Of a stretch of DNA of 52,359 nt, positions 24,908 to 33,060 are shown piece after piece. This stretch comes from Candidatus Magasanikiibacteriota bacterium. Its GTDB lineage: Bacteria; Patescibacteriota; Patescibacteriia; Magasanikbacterales; GWA2-37-8. The stretch lies in contig JAHFHV010000002.1 of NCBI GenBank assembly GCA_023246725.1, positions 1 through 52,359 of the forward strand, given 5' to 3'. Below the pieces are notes generated by a model. It did no database searches. It was given only the letters and a program-made list of their open reading frames with translations, and was not told the origin of the DNA. A program made the position numbers and the translations under genes. The stretch's first letter is position 1, and every line of letters begins with the position of its first letter.

Positions 24908-26170
24908 CTACTTGGCGGCCAGTGCGGCCGGCGCTTTTATGGTAATAAGTTCGCGATCGCCGCCGCGATGGGTGCTGCCGGACAGGGGGATACTGACATA
25001 AAACGTGGTACCTTTTTTTTCCACCGATTCAAACCAAATTTTGCAATTTGACGCTTCCGCGATCATTTTGGAAATGTAGAGGCCAATGCCGGAACCGTCG
25101 GTAACCGCGTGAATGGCATTTTCGGTTCTAAAAAACTTTTCAAAAATCCTGGGCTGAACATCGGCGGGTATGCCAATGCCGTCATCGTGCACGCTAATCA
25201 CAAAATCTCGCGCTTGACCTTTTTCCAGCTTCACGGCTACCGTGCATTTGCCTTCGGGCGAATAGCGCAAGGCGTTGGTCAATAAATTATGCACTACCTG
25301 GCGCATCAGGATTCCATCAAGCGGAATAAAGGGAAGGGTTGGAGCGGGCTTAGTAAATGAAATTGTGCAATTGCGGGCGCGGGCCAATGGTTCAACTTCT
25401 TTAATAATATCGTTAACAAACAAGGCGATATCCAAGGGCTTGGGAACAATTTTAAGTCTGCCCGATTCCAGCCGCGACACATTCAGAAATTCATTCACAA
25501 TCTGAATCAGCCGGTTGCTGCCTTTGTAGACCTCTTGTAAAAAAGATTTCTGCTCGTCAGTTAATGGCCCGGCATCGCCCGATAAGAGCATTTCGATGTA
25601 CCAATTGATCGCCGTAAGCGGGGTGCGCAGCTGGTGAGACGCGAGCGAGACGAATTCGGTTTTGGCTTCATCAACTTCTTTTTCATGGGTAATATCGCGA
25701 AAGGTAACCACCGCCCCAATGATTTTTTTATTTACCACCACGGGAGCCGCCGTCACGGCCGCCGGAAAACGCGCTTTGCTGTCGGCGCGTTCAAAATAAT
25801 AAGCGGCGGCGGTAAGCGACGTAGAAATAACTTTTTGACCGGAAGAAGTTGCTAAATAAATTGGCCGTTGCTCGGGGGCTAGAGGCGCGCCATTTGATTG
25901 CACCATGGTAATCGCGTCCACCACGTACTTCCCTAAAACATCCGAGAGCCGCAAACCCAAAAGATCTTCGGCAGACCGGTTCACCAGCACGATTTTTCCT
26001 TGGTCGTCAGTCACAATCAGACCATCGCCAATGCTGGATAAAAAAACTTTATCCAAAGCTTGTTCTTCGGCTAGGCGCTGGCTCTGGCGCCTGGCGCCAA
26101 GATACCAGCCCACAAGAGCGCCGGCTATGCCGGCGCTCACAATAAGAAGAATAACACTTAAAAAGCCCAT
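24908..26170 (-). CDS. sensor histidine kinase (TM, PAS-like, HisKA, HATPase_c)
   Basis: H-box SHQLRTPL, N-box HNLLTNALRYSP, G1 DDGIGIP and G2 GSGIGLYISK are present, with an N-terminal TM. Confidence 0.85.
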   Translation of the reverse strand: MGFLSVILLIVSAGIAGALVGWYLGARRQSQRLAEEQALDKVFLSSIGDGLIVTDDQGKIVLVNRSAEDLLGLRLSDVLGKYVVDAITMVQSNGAPLAPEQRPIYLATSSGQKVISTSLTAAAYYFERADSKARFPAAVTAAPVVVNKKIIGAVVTFRDITHEKEVDEAKTEFVSLASHQLRTPLTAINWYIEMLLSGDAGPLTDEQKSFLQEVYKGSNRLIQIVNEFLNVSRLESGRLKIVPKPLDIALFVNDIIKEVEPLARARNCTISFTKPAPTLPFIPLDGILMRQVVHNLLTNALRYSPEGKCTVAVKLEKGQARDFVISVHDDGIGIPADVQPRIFEKFFRTENAIHAVTDGSGIGLYISKMIAEASNCKIWFESVEKKGTTFYVSIPLSGSTHRGGDRELITIKAPAALAAK

Positions 26171-26196
26171 AAAAAAACGCTTGGCGTTAGGGCAAG

Positions 26197-26664
26197 TTAG
26201 CGCGTTACGCTAATGGTAGCGCCTTGTTCGGCATTGGGAGCCGACACCGTAACGCGGCTATTGGCGGTCCTTAAAACACGATACCCGGTGCCGTTGGCCA
26301 CGCCGGGACTAGACGGATCAATCGGCAGGGACGTCAGATACTTTTCATTCAGAGTTAAGACGGATAAGTCAATCATGTTAAAATTCTGGCAATTAGCTAT
26401 GCCGGTGCGGCAAATTTCAAACGGGGTATTTACCTGGAGAGCCGTAATCGTCGCCGGTATGCCGCCGTTATTATCAATGGAATACTGGTACACCGCGTCA
26501 ATAATTGTTTTTACGTCAACGCGTCGCGTCGCGTTCCTGGTATCGCCAAGCTGTTTCGTTGGGTTAATGGCAATAATAACGATGCTGGCCAAAATGGCAA
26601 TGGCCGCCACCACCAGCAAAATTTCAATTAATGTAAAGCCTTTAGAAAATTTATAGAATCTCAT
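26197..26664 (-). CDS. type IV pilin-like protein (prepilin N-terminal cleavage/methylation motif), copy 1
   Basis: It has the leader MRFYKFSKG|FTLIEILLVVAAIAILASIVI. It shares an identical 39-nt N-terminal segment and an identical 25-nt 3' end with 26673-27164. Confidence 0.85.
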   Translation of the reverse strand: MRFYKFSKGFTLIEILLVVAAIAILASIVIIAINPTKQLGDTRNATRRVDVKTIIDAVYQYSIDNNGGIPATITALQVNTPFEICRTGIANCQNFNMIDLSVLTLNEKYLTSLPIDPSSPGVANGTGYRVLRTANSRVTVSAPNAEQGATISVTR

Positions 26665-26672
26665 AAAAAATT

Positions 26673-27164
26673 TTAACGAGTTACGCTAATGGTAGCGCCT
26701 TGTTCCGCGCCTGGAGCGCAAACGGTTATGCGTCCATTGGCGGATTTAGATACTCTATAACACACGCCGTTGGCATTGCACGTAGCGTTTGGATCAAATG
26801 GTAAAGCCGTCAAATATTTTTCATTTAGGGTTAGGGCTGTAATATCTACCAAACCAACCCCGCAAGGAGCAGTTTTGCAAATTTCGCTATTCGCGAGCGC
26901 GCCCGAACAGACCCCCACTGGAATTGGATTGCCGATGGTATCCGGCAACTTGCCGCTATTGTCAATAATATACTGGTACACGGCATCGAGGATAGTGCTT
27001 ACATTTACCCGGCGCTGGGCGTTACGCGTATCAGCCAATTGCTTGCCCGGGTTAATGGCCACAATCACAATGCCGGCCAAAATGGCAATGGCCGCCACCA
27101 CCAGCAAAATTTCGAGAAGCGTAAAACCTCTCTGCGTCCGGGCGCGCTGTATGTTGTTTCGCAT
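26673..27164 (-). CDS. type IV pilin-like protein, copy 2 (tandem paralog)
   Basis: It has the leader MRNNIQRARTQRG|FTLLEILLVVAAIAILAGIVI. I trimmed the start to the ATG at 27164. Its C terminus ..APGAEQGATISVTR matches copy 1. Confidence 0.85.
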   Translation of the reverse strand: MRNNIQRARTQRGFTLLEILLVVAAIAILAGIVIVAINPGKQLADTRNAQRRVNVSTILDAVYQYIIDNSGKLPDTIGNPIPVGVCSGALANSEICKTAPCGVGLVDITALTLNEKYLTALPFDPNATCNANGVCYRVSKSANGRITVCAPGAEQGATISVTR

Positions 27165-27260
27165 ATGATTTGAGGAAATGAAATAAGGAATAAATAAGTT
27201 AGCTCTAGTATAGCACATCCTGAACAAGCTGGACAGAAGTAGGCGCAAGCCTGTTGATAA

Positions 27261-27653
27261 CTAAAAATCAGCCACTTCCTGCCAACTCGTTAGGTTAATT
27301 TGTGGGTTGATGGCATCAAGGGAAACTTTTACCTTGCGCGCTATCGTCCCGATTGTTCCAACAGAGGTAATTTGACGATTTTCACCGGCCAATTTCGCTA
27401 CCGTGTACCCGCACGTTCCCTGCCCTAGAACCAAATTACTCGAACCAGAGAAATCGGTAGTCTCGCGAATTTGTTCAAGCGCGTCTTCAACGCAGGCAGC
27501 GGCTAACCCCCTGGCGGCATTGGATTGATCGATTGCCAAACTACTCTTGCCCGTCCCAACGCCAAACCAGAGTAGCGTCGCACCAATACTAAAGCCAATC
27601 GCGCCAATTAGGAGCACGCTTAAAAGGGTGATGAAACCGCGGGGTGTTGCCAT
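27261..27653 (-). CDS. minor pilin / PilX-like protein
   Basis: The product begins MATPRG|FITLLSVLLIGAIGFSIG... It has a hydrophobic N-terminal helix without Glu5 and sits within the pseudopilin run. Confidence 0.55.
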   Translation of the reverse strand: MATPRGFITLLSVLLIGAIGFSIGATLLWFGVGTGKSSLAIDQSNAARGLAAACVEDALEQIRETTDFSGSSNLVLGQGTCGYTVAKLAGENRQITSVGTIGTIARKVKVSLDAINPQINLTSWQEVADF

Positions 27654-27674
27654 AATTTTTAAATTTTGATTCTC

Positions 27675-28181
27675 TTATCTAATACTAGCCGCGCCAATAA
27701 AATTCTGGGCATAAGCAAATTCACTTCGTCCAATTTGGTTAACGTGCGTCAGAATAAATTGGAGCTCTACAGCGCCTGGAGTTTGGGCTCGACTCAAATT
27801 TTTAAAATCTACTCCGCTCGCAATCACTCGATTATTAGTAAGCGCGACTGGCGCATTGTTCCCTTCGGTAAGGGTAAGAGTTCCATTTATCACACTCACA
27901 ATCGCTGGGCTCTTGGCGCCATTAGGAACTGTGAAGCTTAAACTGGCGCCGCTGCCTTGCGCCGCCGGCGCGGTAATTTGTATAGCATTCCGAACCAGTT
28001 GAGTAATAATTGTCATAACCTGCCGGCCTTGCCCATCCACCTCGGCAATAATCTGGCTATGCACCCGGGCGCGGAGGAGAAACGACAAAAAAATCGATAC
28101 TGTGGTCAGCATGATCGCGGCGCAGGAGATGTAGAGCAAAAGCTCAATGAGGGTGAATCCGGAATGAGATGTGATTTTCAT
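27675..28181 (-). CDS. pseudopilin (prepilin-type N-terminal motif)
   Basis: It has the leader MKITSHSG|FTLIELLLYISCAAIML. I trimmed the start to the ATG at 28181. Confidence 0.7.
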   Translation of the reverse strand: MKITSHSGFTLIELLLYISCAAIMLTTVSIFLSFLLRARVHSQIIAEVDGQGRQVMTIITQLVRNAIQITAPAAQGSGASLSFTVPNGAKSPAIVSVINGTLTLTEGNNAPVALTNNRVIASGVDFKNLSRAQTPGAVELQFILTHVNQIGRSEFAYAQNFIGAASIR

Positions 28182-28183
28182 AA

Positions 28184-28699
28184 TTATGGCACTGGCGGAG
28201 GTACTATCCGCCGCCAATTTGTCAAATAGGTGGTGAACTGCGCCTGTCCATTCCGGCGCAGATTTTCTTGCCACGTAACCGTCGCGACTAATTTTTTTCG
28301 GTTCGGATCAACTGTGGTAATAATCAGCTGGCGAGTGAACAGGCCGGTTAAGTCTGATGTGCCGGCAAACGACCATTGATTGCCTAGGGTTGAGAGGCCG
28401 TGCGGACCATCGGTTAAATTCGCATAATCTTGATCCCGCATGTTGCGTGCCGCCTCTAGCGCTTCATCCGCCAGCATAATCGCCCTAAAACGCTGGCCGC
28501 CAATCGCTGTGCTTTCTTGCCCATACATAAGCACCCCTGCCAAGCCAGTAACAATTAACGCAAACAAGGTCGCGGATAAAATTACCTCGACTATGGTAAA
28601 CCCAGCCCCGCCCTTCGCGAAGGGCGGGGTCTGCTCTACTTCCCCATCCCTAATAGGAAAGCGTGCCTTTAGATGTGAGTGTAATCGCGCGAACATCAT
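28184..28699 (-). CDS. pseudopilin with an unusually long leader containing a repeat hairpin
   Basis: The motif ..GGAG|FTIVEVILSATLFALIV is present. The only in-frame ATGs are at 28699 and 28696, which gives a ~33-aa leader that overlaps the upstream gene by 50 nt and reads through hairpin 28606-28629 (EQTPPFAKGGAG). Confidence 0.6.
   Translation of the reverse strand: MMFARLHSHLKARFPIRDGEVEQTPPFAKGGAGFTIVEVILSATLFALIVTGLAGVLMYGQESTAIGGQRFRAIMLADEALEAARNMRDQDYANLTDGPHGLSTLGNQWSFAGTSDLTGLFTRQLIITTVDPNRKKLVATVTWQENLRRNGQAQFTTYLTNWRRIVPPPVP
28606..28629. repeat. GC-rich hairpin (family 2-like) inside the prepilin leader
   Basis: CCCCGCCCTT-cgcg-AAGGGCGGGG is a perfect 10-bp stem. Confidence 0.6.
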
Positions 28700-29105
28700 T
28701 ATTAGAAGCAGTTACGGTGAGCGTGCCCGCCGGGGTTGGCTCGCCCAGCATTTTAGAAAACACCACGTCAGTCAGTCCGGCCAAAGTAATTGTATTGGAA
28801 AAAGTAAACACTTCGTCAAAGGCTATTGCCCGCCCGACATAATTAGGGCCTTGGAATAAAGTGACGCTACCAGTTTGCACGTGTACGCCCCAGGTACTGT
28901 CGCCATCAACCGCCTGCGCCAGTAATTGCGCCCGCCGCCAATCCTGCACAATCGCGCTGGCGGCTAAATCCAAATCATTTTTTACGTACACCGCGCTATA
29001 CAGCGGCAAAAACATTCCGGCCAGCAGGGCGATAAGTGAAATCGACAGAAGCATTTCAAGGAGGGTGAAACCTTGCGACTGGCTCTCATTAATGGCTAAA
29101 GTCAT
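28650..29105 (-). CDS. pseudopilin (GspH/FimT-like)
   Basis: It has the leader MTLAINESQSQG|FTLLEMLLSISLIALLAG. Confidence 0.7.
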   Translation of the reverse strand: MTLAINESQSQGFTLLEMLLSISLIALLAGMFLPLYSAVYVKNDLDLAASAIVQDWRRAQLLAQAVDGDSTWGVHVQTGSVTLFQGPNYVGRAIAFDEVFTFSNTITLAGLTDVVFSKMLGEPTPAGTLTVTASNNDVRAITLTSKGTLSY

Positions 29106-29120
29106 ATGCCAAAAAAACGC

Positions 29121-30587
29121 TTACTCAACAACTTTCACATACTTGGCCGACACCCACCCGACTGACGCGTTCGGCAAAATAATTTGGTACCAATCGCCCT
29201 CGCGAGCTTGGAATTGATACGTCTTGCCCACCGCGGCCTTGCCAATAATACCGCCCTTGCTCGCTGGTTCGCTGCGGATTTTAAGATAGCCGATTTCGGT
29301 TGGTAAAATTTGGAGCTGGCCGCTTTGGACAGAGGAAGATGCAGAGGCGGCGCCCCCTGACGTAAGAATGCCCTGGAGAGAAGTGGTCGCAGGCAGGAGT
29401 ATTTCCCCTGGAGGGATAACCGGCGCGGTTGTTTCCTCGGCAGGCGGCGCGGCGGCGCCCGAAGGATTGTTCAAGCCGCCAATTAAACTATAAATTGGTA
29501 AAATTACGGACAGCGCCACCGCCACTACCCCCAGCCACACCGTGACGAGGAGTAGCGGTTCCAAAATCACCGTCAAATTTTTCGTAGTAAGTTCGGTTTT
29601 GGCTTCGTATACCAGGCCGATGTTTAGAAGCGTCCCCGCGAGCTTGCCGGATTGTTCTCCGGCGCCAATGAGTTGTTGGATGGCCGGGGGGAATAATTTA
29701 TTGGCTTTGGGGAACAGCCTGAAACTATTCTGGAAAGAATGCCCTTCTTCTACCCGATCGTGAATAAAATTATACAGGTATTTAAAACTGCGAAACACCG
29801 TGGCGTCACGAATCGCGATAAGCGCCGCCGTAACCGGCAAGCCGGCTTCCAGGAGCGTGCCTAAAATATACCCAAACCGCCCAATTTCCACTTCTTGCAA
29901 GAGCCGCCCAACGCCCGGCAAATGGAATAAAACTGCCTGGCCAATAAACTTGGTAGCCGGAAAAACAAATAAAAAATACAGAACGGCAAACAAACAGACT
30001 AAAAACAGCGGAATAACAACCGCGCCCCATTCCCCTAAAAAAATCCCTAACGCCATTAAGCCGCGGGTAATAAGCGGGAGCGGAATATTAAGGCCGGTAA
30101 AAATGCTGGTGAGGCGGGGCAAAATAAACCAAGCAATGCCCAGGCCAACGACAAGCGCGAGGCCAAGAACAAAGAGCGGATACATCATAGCCGAGCGCAT
30201 TTTGGAGCGGAAACTTTTTTCTTTGCGCTGCTGTTCCACAATCACGTTAAGGTTGTGAGAGAGCGTGCCGGCCTCCTCGCCGATTTTAATAAGGGCGTTA
30301 ATGTGCGGCGGCAAGAGCTGGCTTTTGTCGAGTGCCCGCCAAATCGGGGAGCCGCCTTCAATGTCCGCCTGCATCCCCTCCACCACCTGCTTCAGCGGCT
30401 TGGAGCGGATGCTGGTTTTAATTGCGTCAAGCGCCGACAAAATATCCATGCCTGCGGAAACGAGCATGGCAAAATTTTCCACAAAATTATCTTTTTCCTT
30501 ACCCGAACCAATCAGCGACAAACGGCGCGCCAATGCCGACTGCTCGGCTGGCGCTTTGGCGGGTGATTTGGCGTTTTTCAGAGGCAT
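29121..30587 (-). CDS. pilC: type IV pilus platform protein PilC (GspF family) with C-terminal SH3b-like extension
   Basis: It has two T2SSF-type repeats and three TMs. I trimmed the start to the ATG at 30587 (MPLKNAKSP..), because the ORF-track extension reads through repeat 30605-30693. The ~130-aa C-terminal tail ends ..GYLKIRSEPASKGGIIGKAAVGKTYQFQAREGDWYQIILPNASVGWVSAKYVKVVE. Confidence 0.85.
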   Translation of the reverse strand: MPLKNAKSPAKAPAEQSALARRLSLIGSGKEKDNFVENFAMLVSAGMDILSALDAIKTSIRSKPLKQVVEGMQADIEGGSPIWRALDKSQLLPPHINALIKIGEEAGTLSHNLNVIVEQQRKEKSFRSKMRSAMMYPLFVLGLALVVGLGIAWFILPRLTSIFTGLNIPLPLITRGLMALGIFLGEWGAVVIPLFLVCLFAVLYFLFVFPATKFIGQAVLFHLPGVGRLLQEVEIGRFGYILGTLLEAGLPVTAALIAIRDATVFRSFKYLYNFIHDRVEEGHSFQNSFRLFPKANKLFPPAIQQLIGAGEQSGKLAGTLLNIGLVYEAKTELTTKNLTVILEPLLLVTVWLGVVAVALSVILPIYSLIGGLNNPSGAAAPPAEETTAPVIPPGEILLPATTSLQGILTSGGAASASSSVQSGQLQILPTEIGYLKIRSEPASKGGIIGKAAVGKTYQFQAREGDWYQIILPNASVGWVSAKYVKVVE

Positions 30588-30604
30588 AATAGTCGTGTCG
30601 AGCG

Positions 30605-30693
30605 AGACCTCTCCTCCTGTCCTCCCCTCTGCAGAGGGGAGGCAGAATCGACCCCTCTCCTTGGCAAAGGAGAGGGCAGGGAGAGGTCTGACA
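30605..30693. repeat. Family 2 GC-rich element (outer stem plus two hairpins), pilB-pilC intergenic
   Basis: The outer stem is GACCTCTCC...GGAGAGGTC. The inner hairpins are CCTCCCCTC-tgca-GAGGGGAGG and CCCTCTCC-ttggcaaa-GGAGAGGG. Its reverse complement aligns with 37387-37477. Confidence 0.85.
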
Positions 30694-30714
30694 GGCGTTT
30701 CATAGTACAATATT

Positions 30715-32382
30715 TTACGAGCGGTGCTTCGCATCCGGCGGGGCGGCTACGCGCGCTAATTCTTCCAGCGTGGACAAGCCATTTTTCACTTTTTCCACCC
30801 CGTCTTCAAACATAGACTTAGCGCCCTGGCTACTAGCTAGATCCCAAATTTGGTTGGTAGAGGGGTGGTGCAGGAGCAGTTCTTGCATTTCCGGGGTCAT
30901 GACAATAAATTCAAAAATTGCCGTACGCCCCTTAAACCCGGTGCCGCCGCAGTTGGCGCAACCTTTGCCCGCATACAGCGTGAGCGATTTTTTAGGAAAA
31001 TAATGCGCCGCGCCAGGCACGGATTTTTCGAGTTCACTAGGCGACACTATAATGGCATGTCGGCAATTCTCACAAATTTTACGCACTAAGCGCTGGGCAA
31101 TTACCACTTCTAACGTTGACGCGAGTAAAAATGGTTCAATCCCCATATCGAGGAGCCGCGGCACAGCCGTAGCCGCGTCATTGGCGTGGAACGTGGAAAG
31201 CAAAAGATGTCCGGTTAAAGCGGCGTTCACCGCAATCTCGGCGGTCTCGCTGTCACGAATTTCACCAACTAAAATAATATCCGGATCTTGGCGCGCAATG
31301 GAACGCAAGCCTTTGGCAAACGTAAGGTTGGTCTGAGTATTAATTTGAATTTGGTTAATGCCGGGAATATGATATTCCACCGGGTCTTCAATGGTGGTAA
31401 TGTTCACTTCGGGTCGGTTAAGTGTTTTTAACAGCGCGTAGAGCGTGGTAGTTTTGCCCGAACCAGTCGGCCCGGTCACGAGTATCATGCCAAATGGTTT
31501 TTTGGCAGCCTTAAAAAATAATTCCTGATCCGGCGCGGACAGGCCAACATCGGTAAGCGCGAACCCTTGAACGTATTGCGATAGTACCCGCATCACAATC
31601 TTTTCACCGCTCAGAGTGGGCAAAATGGACACGCGAAAATCCAGCACTTGATTTTGTTTATTCGTGTAGCGAATGGCCCCATCCTGGGCTGAAAAATGGT
31701 CATCAATGCGCAAATGCGCTTGCACTTTAACGCGGTTCAAGACGTTATCATAATTTTCTTTGGGAATGCGCCCGGCTTCGTGAAGAACTCCATCGATGCG
31801 GAACCGCACTTCCACATCCGCGCCCTGCGGCTCAAAATGAATATCCGAACAGCGAAACGCCACGGCATCATCAATAATCGCGTCAATTAATTCCGGCGCC
31901 ACCCGTTTGCTGGTTTTAATAATTTCGGTAAAGCGGGTGGATAATTTTTGGCGATAGTGAATGAGAGTTGACTCAATATCTTCCGGGAGCGCGTACGCCA
32001 CGGTCACTTTACTGGTTCCAAAAATCTTTTTCAACTCCGCCTCCAGCTGTTCCTGGACGGGATTATCAGTGGCCACCGTAACGCCCTTTTTGCTTTCCGT
32101 AAACCAAACCACGCGGTACTTGGTGGCTACCTCCTCGGGAATTTTAGCAATTTGTTCCGCGGTGGGCTGGGAGCTGTTTAAATCGGCGTAGGGCGCTTTA
32201 AATGATTCGGCCATGGCTTGCCCCACCAAATCTTTGGTCACCAAGCCCTCGGCCAAAAACCAATCAAGGACACCCACATGAGTTTTTTCTTTGGCTGCCT
32301 CGGCCGCCTTTACGTCATCCGCCGTCACGTAATTACCCTTCAGGAGCAATTCTTTAATAATATCGTCGGCGATGTTTTGCAT
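30715..32382 (-). CDS. pilB: type IV pilus assembly ATPase PilB (GspE family)
   Basis: It has Walker A GPTGSGKTTT, the Asp and His boxes, the tetracysteine motif CENC...CANCGGTG, and an N-terminal GspE_N-like domain. Confidence 0.9.
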   Translation of the reverse strand: MQNIADDIIKELLLKGNYVTADDVKAAEAAKEKTHVGVLDWFLAEGLVTKDLVGQAMAESFKAPYADLNSSQPTAEQIAKIPEEVATKYRVVWFTESKKGVTVATDNPVQEQLEAELKKIFGTSKVTVAYALPEDIESTLIHYRQKLSTRFTEIIKTSKRVAPELIDAIIDDAVAFRCSDIHFEPQGADVEVRFRIDGVLHEAGRIPKENYDNVLNRVKVQAHLRIDDHFSAQDGAIRYTNKQNQVLDFRVSILPTLSGEKIVMRVLSQYVQGFALTDVGLSAPDQELFFKAAKKPFGMILVTGPTGSGKTTTLYALLKTLNRPEVNITTIEDPVEYHIPGINQIQINTQTNLTFAKGLRSIARQDPDIILVGEIRDSETAEIAVNAALTGHLLLSTFHANDAATAVPRLLDMGIEPFLLASTLEVVIAQRLVRKICENCRHAIIVSPSELEKSVPGAAHYFPKKSLTLYAGKGCANCGGTGFKGRTAIFEFIVMTPEMQELLLHHPSTNQIWDLASSQGAKSMFEDGVEKVKNGLSTLEELARVAAPPDAKHRS

Positions 32383-32434
32383 ATCAGGGTTAATAGTTAA
32401 TATTTATTAATCATCGTGCTTCAGGCTCGCTACT

Positions 32435-32539
32435 GTCATTCCGAATCCCCATTCGCATGGGGTGAGGAATCTCTGTCTCAATCAACCAACGGACAGAGAT
32501 CCCTCGTCGTCCCGCAGTGCGGGACTCGCTCGGGATGAC
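32435..32539. repeat. Family 1 palindromic element, single full unit
   Basis: The unit reads GTCATTCCGA-atccccattcgcatggggt-GAGGAATCTC...GAGATCCCTC-gtcgtcccgcagtgcgggac-TCGCTCGGGATGAC. It lies in the intergenic space between the response regulator and pilB. Confidence 0.85.
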
Positions 32540-32567
32540 AACGGTGAACATTGCCTCGCAATGACGC

Positions 32568-32945
32568 TCACTTTACCACCTCTTGTACATGCTGTACCAA
32601 TTCAGATAATGGCGTATTGGATTTTACAAAATACCCTTTTGCGCCCAGCTCGCGCGCTTTTTTCTCGTCTTCTTCCTGGCCCAGGTTTGAGGTAACAATC
32701 ACCGGCGGATGTTTGCCTTTTTTCTTTAACGTTTCCAAAAATTCAAACCCATTCATTTTAGGCAGTATCAAATCGAGCAAGATTAAATCAAAATCTTCGG
32801 CCGTGGCCAACTTAAGCGCCTCCTCGCCATCGCTCGCCACCTTGGTTTCAAAACCACAAAAATGCAATTTCAGCTCCAGCGCCCTGGCCACCGGCCTCTC
32901 ATCTTCCACAATCAAAATTTTTTTTCCAGTGGCCGTTTTAGGCAT
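32568..32945 (-). CDS. receiver-only response regulator (CheY-like) upstream of pilB
   Basis: The product reads KKILIVEDERP...DLILLDLILPKMNG...YFVKS. I trimmed the start to the ATG at 32945. TGGTATAAT is at the complement of 33007-33015. Confidence 0.8.
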   Translation of the reverse strand: MPKTATGKKILIVEDERPVARALELKLHFCGFETKVASDGEEALKLATAEDFDLILLDLILPKMNGFEFLETLKKKGKHPPVIVTSNLGQEEDEKKARELGAKGYFVKSNTPLSELVQHVQEVVK

Positions 32946-33060
32946 AATGTATTCAGAAGCTGGAGATAAAACAAACAATCCTGGCTTAGGAGCTTCCAGT
33001 AAGTTTATTATACCATACATTGAACGAAAGGACTATAAATTTACTGGGCGTAACATAGTA

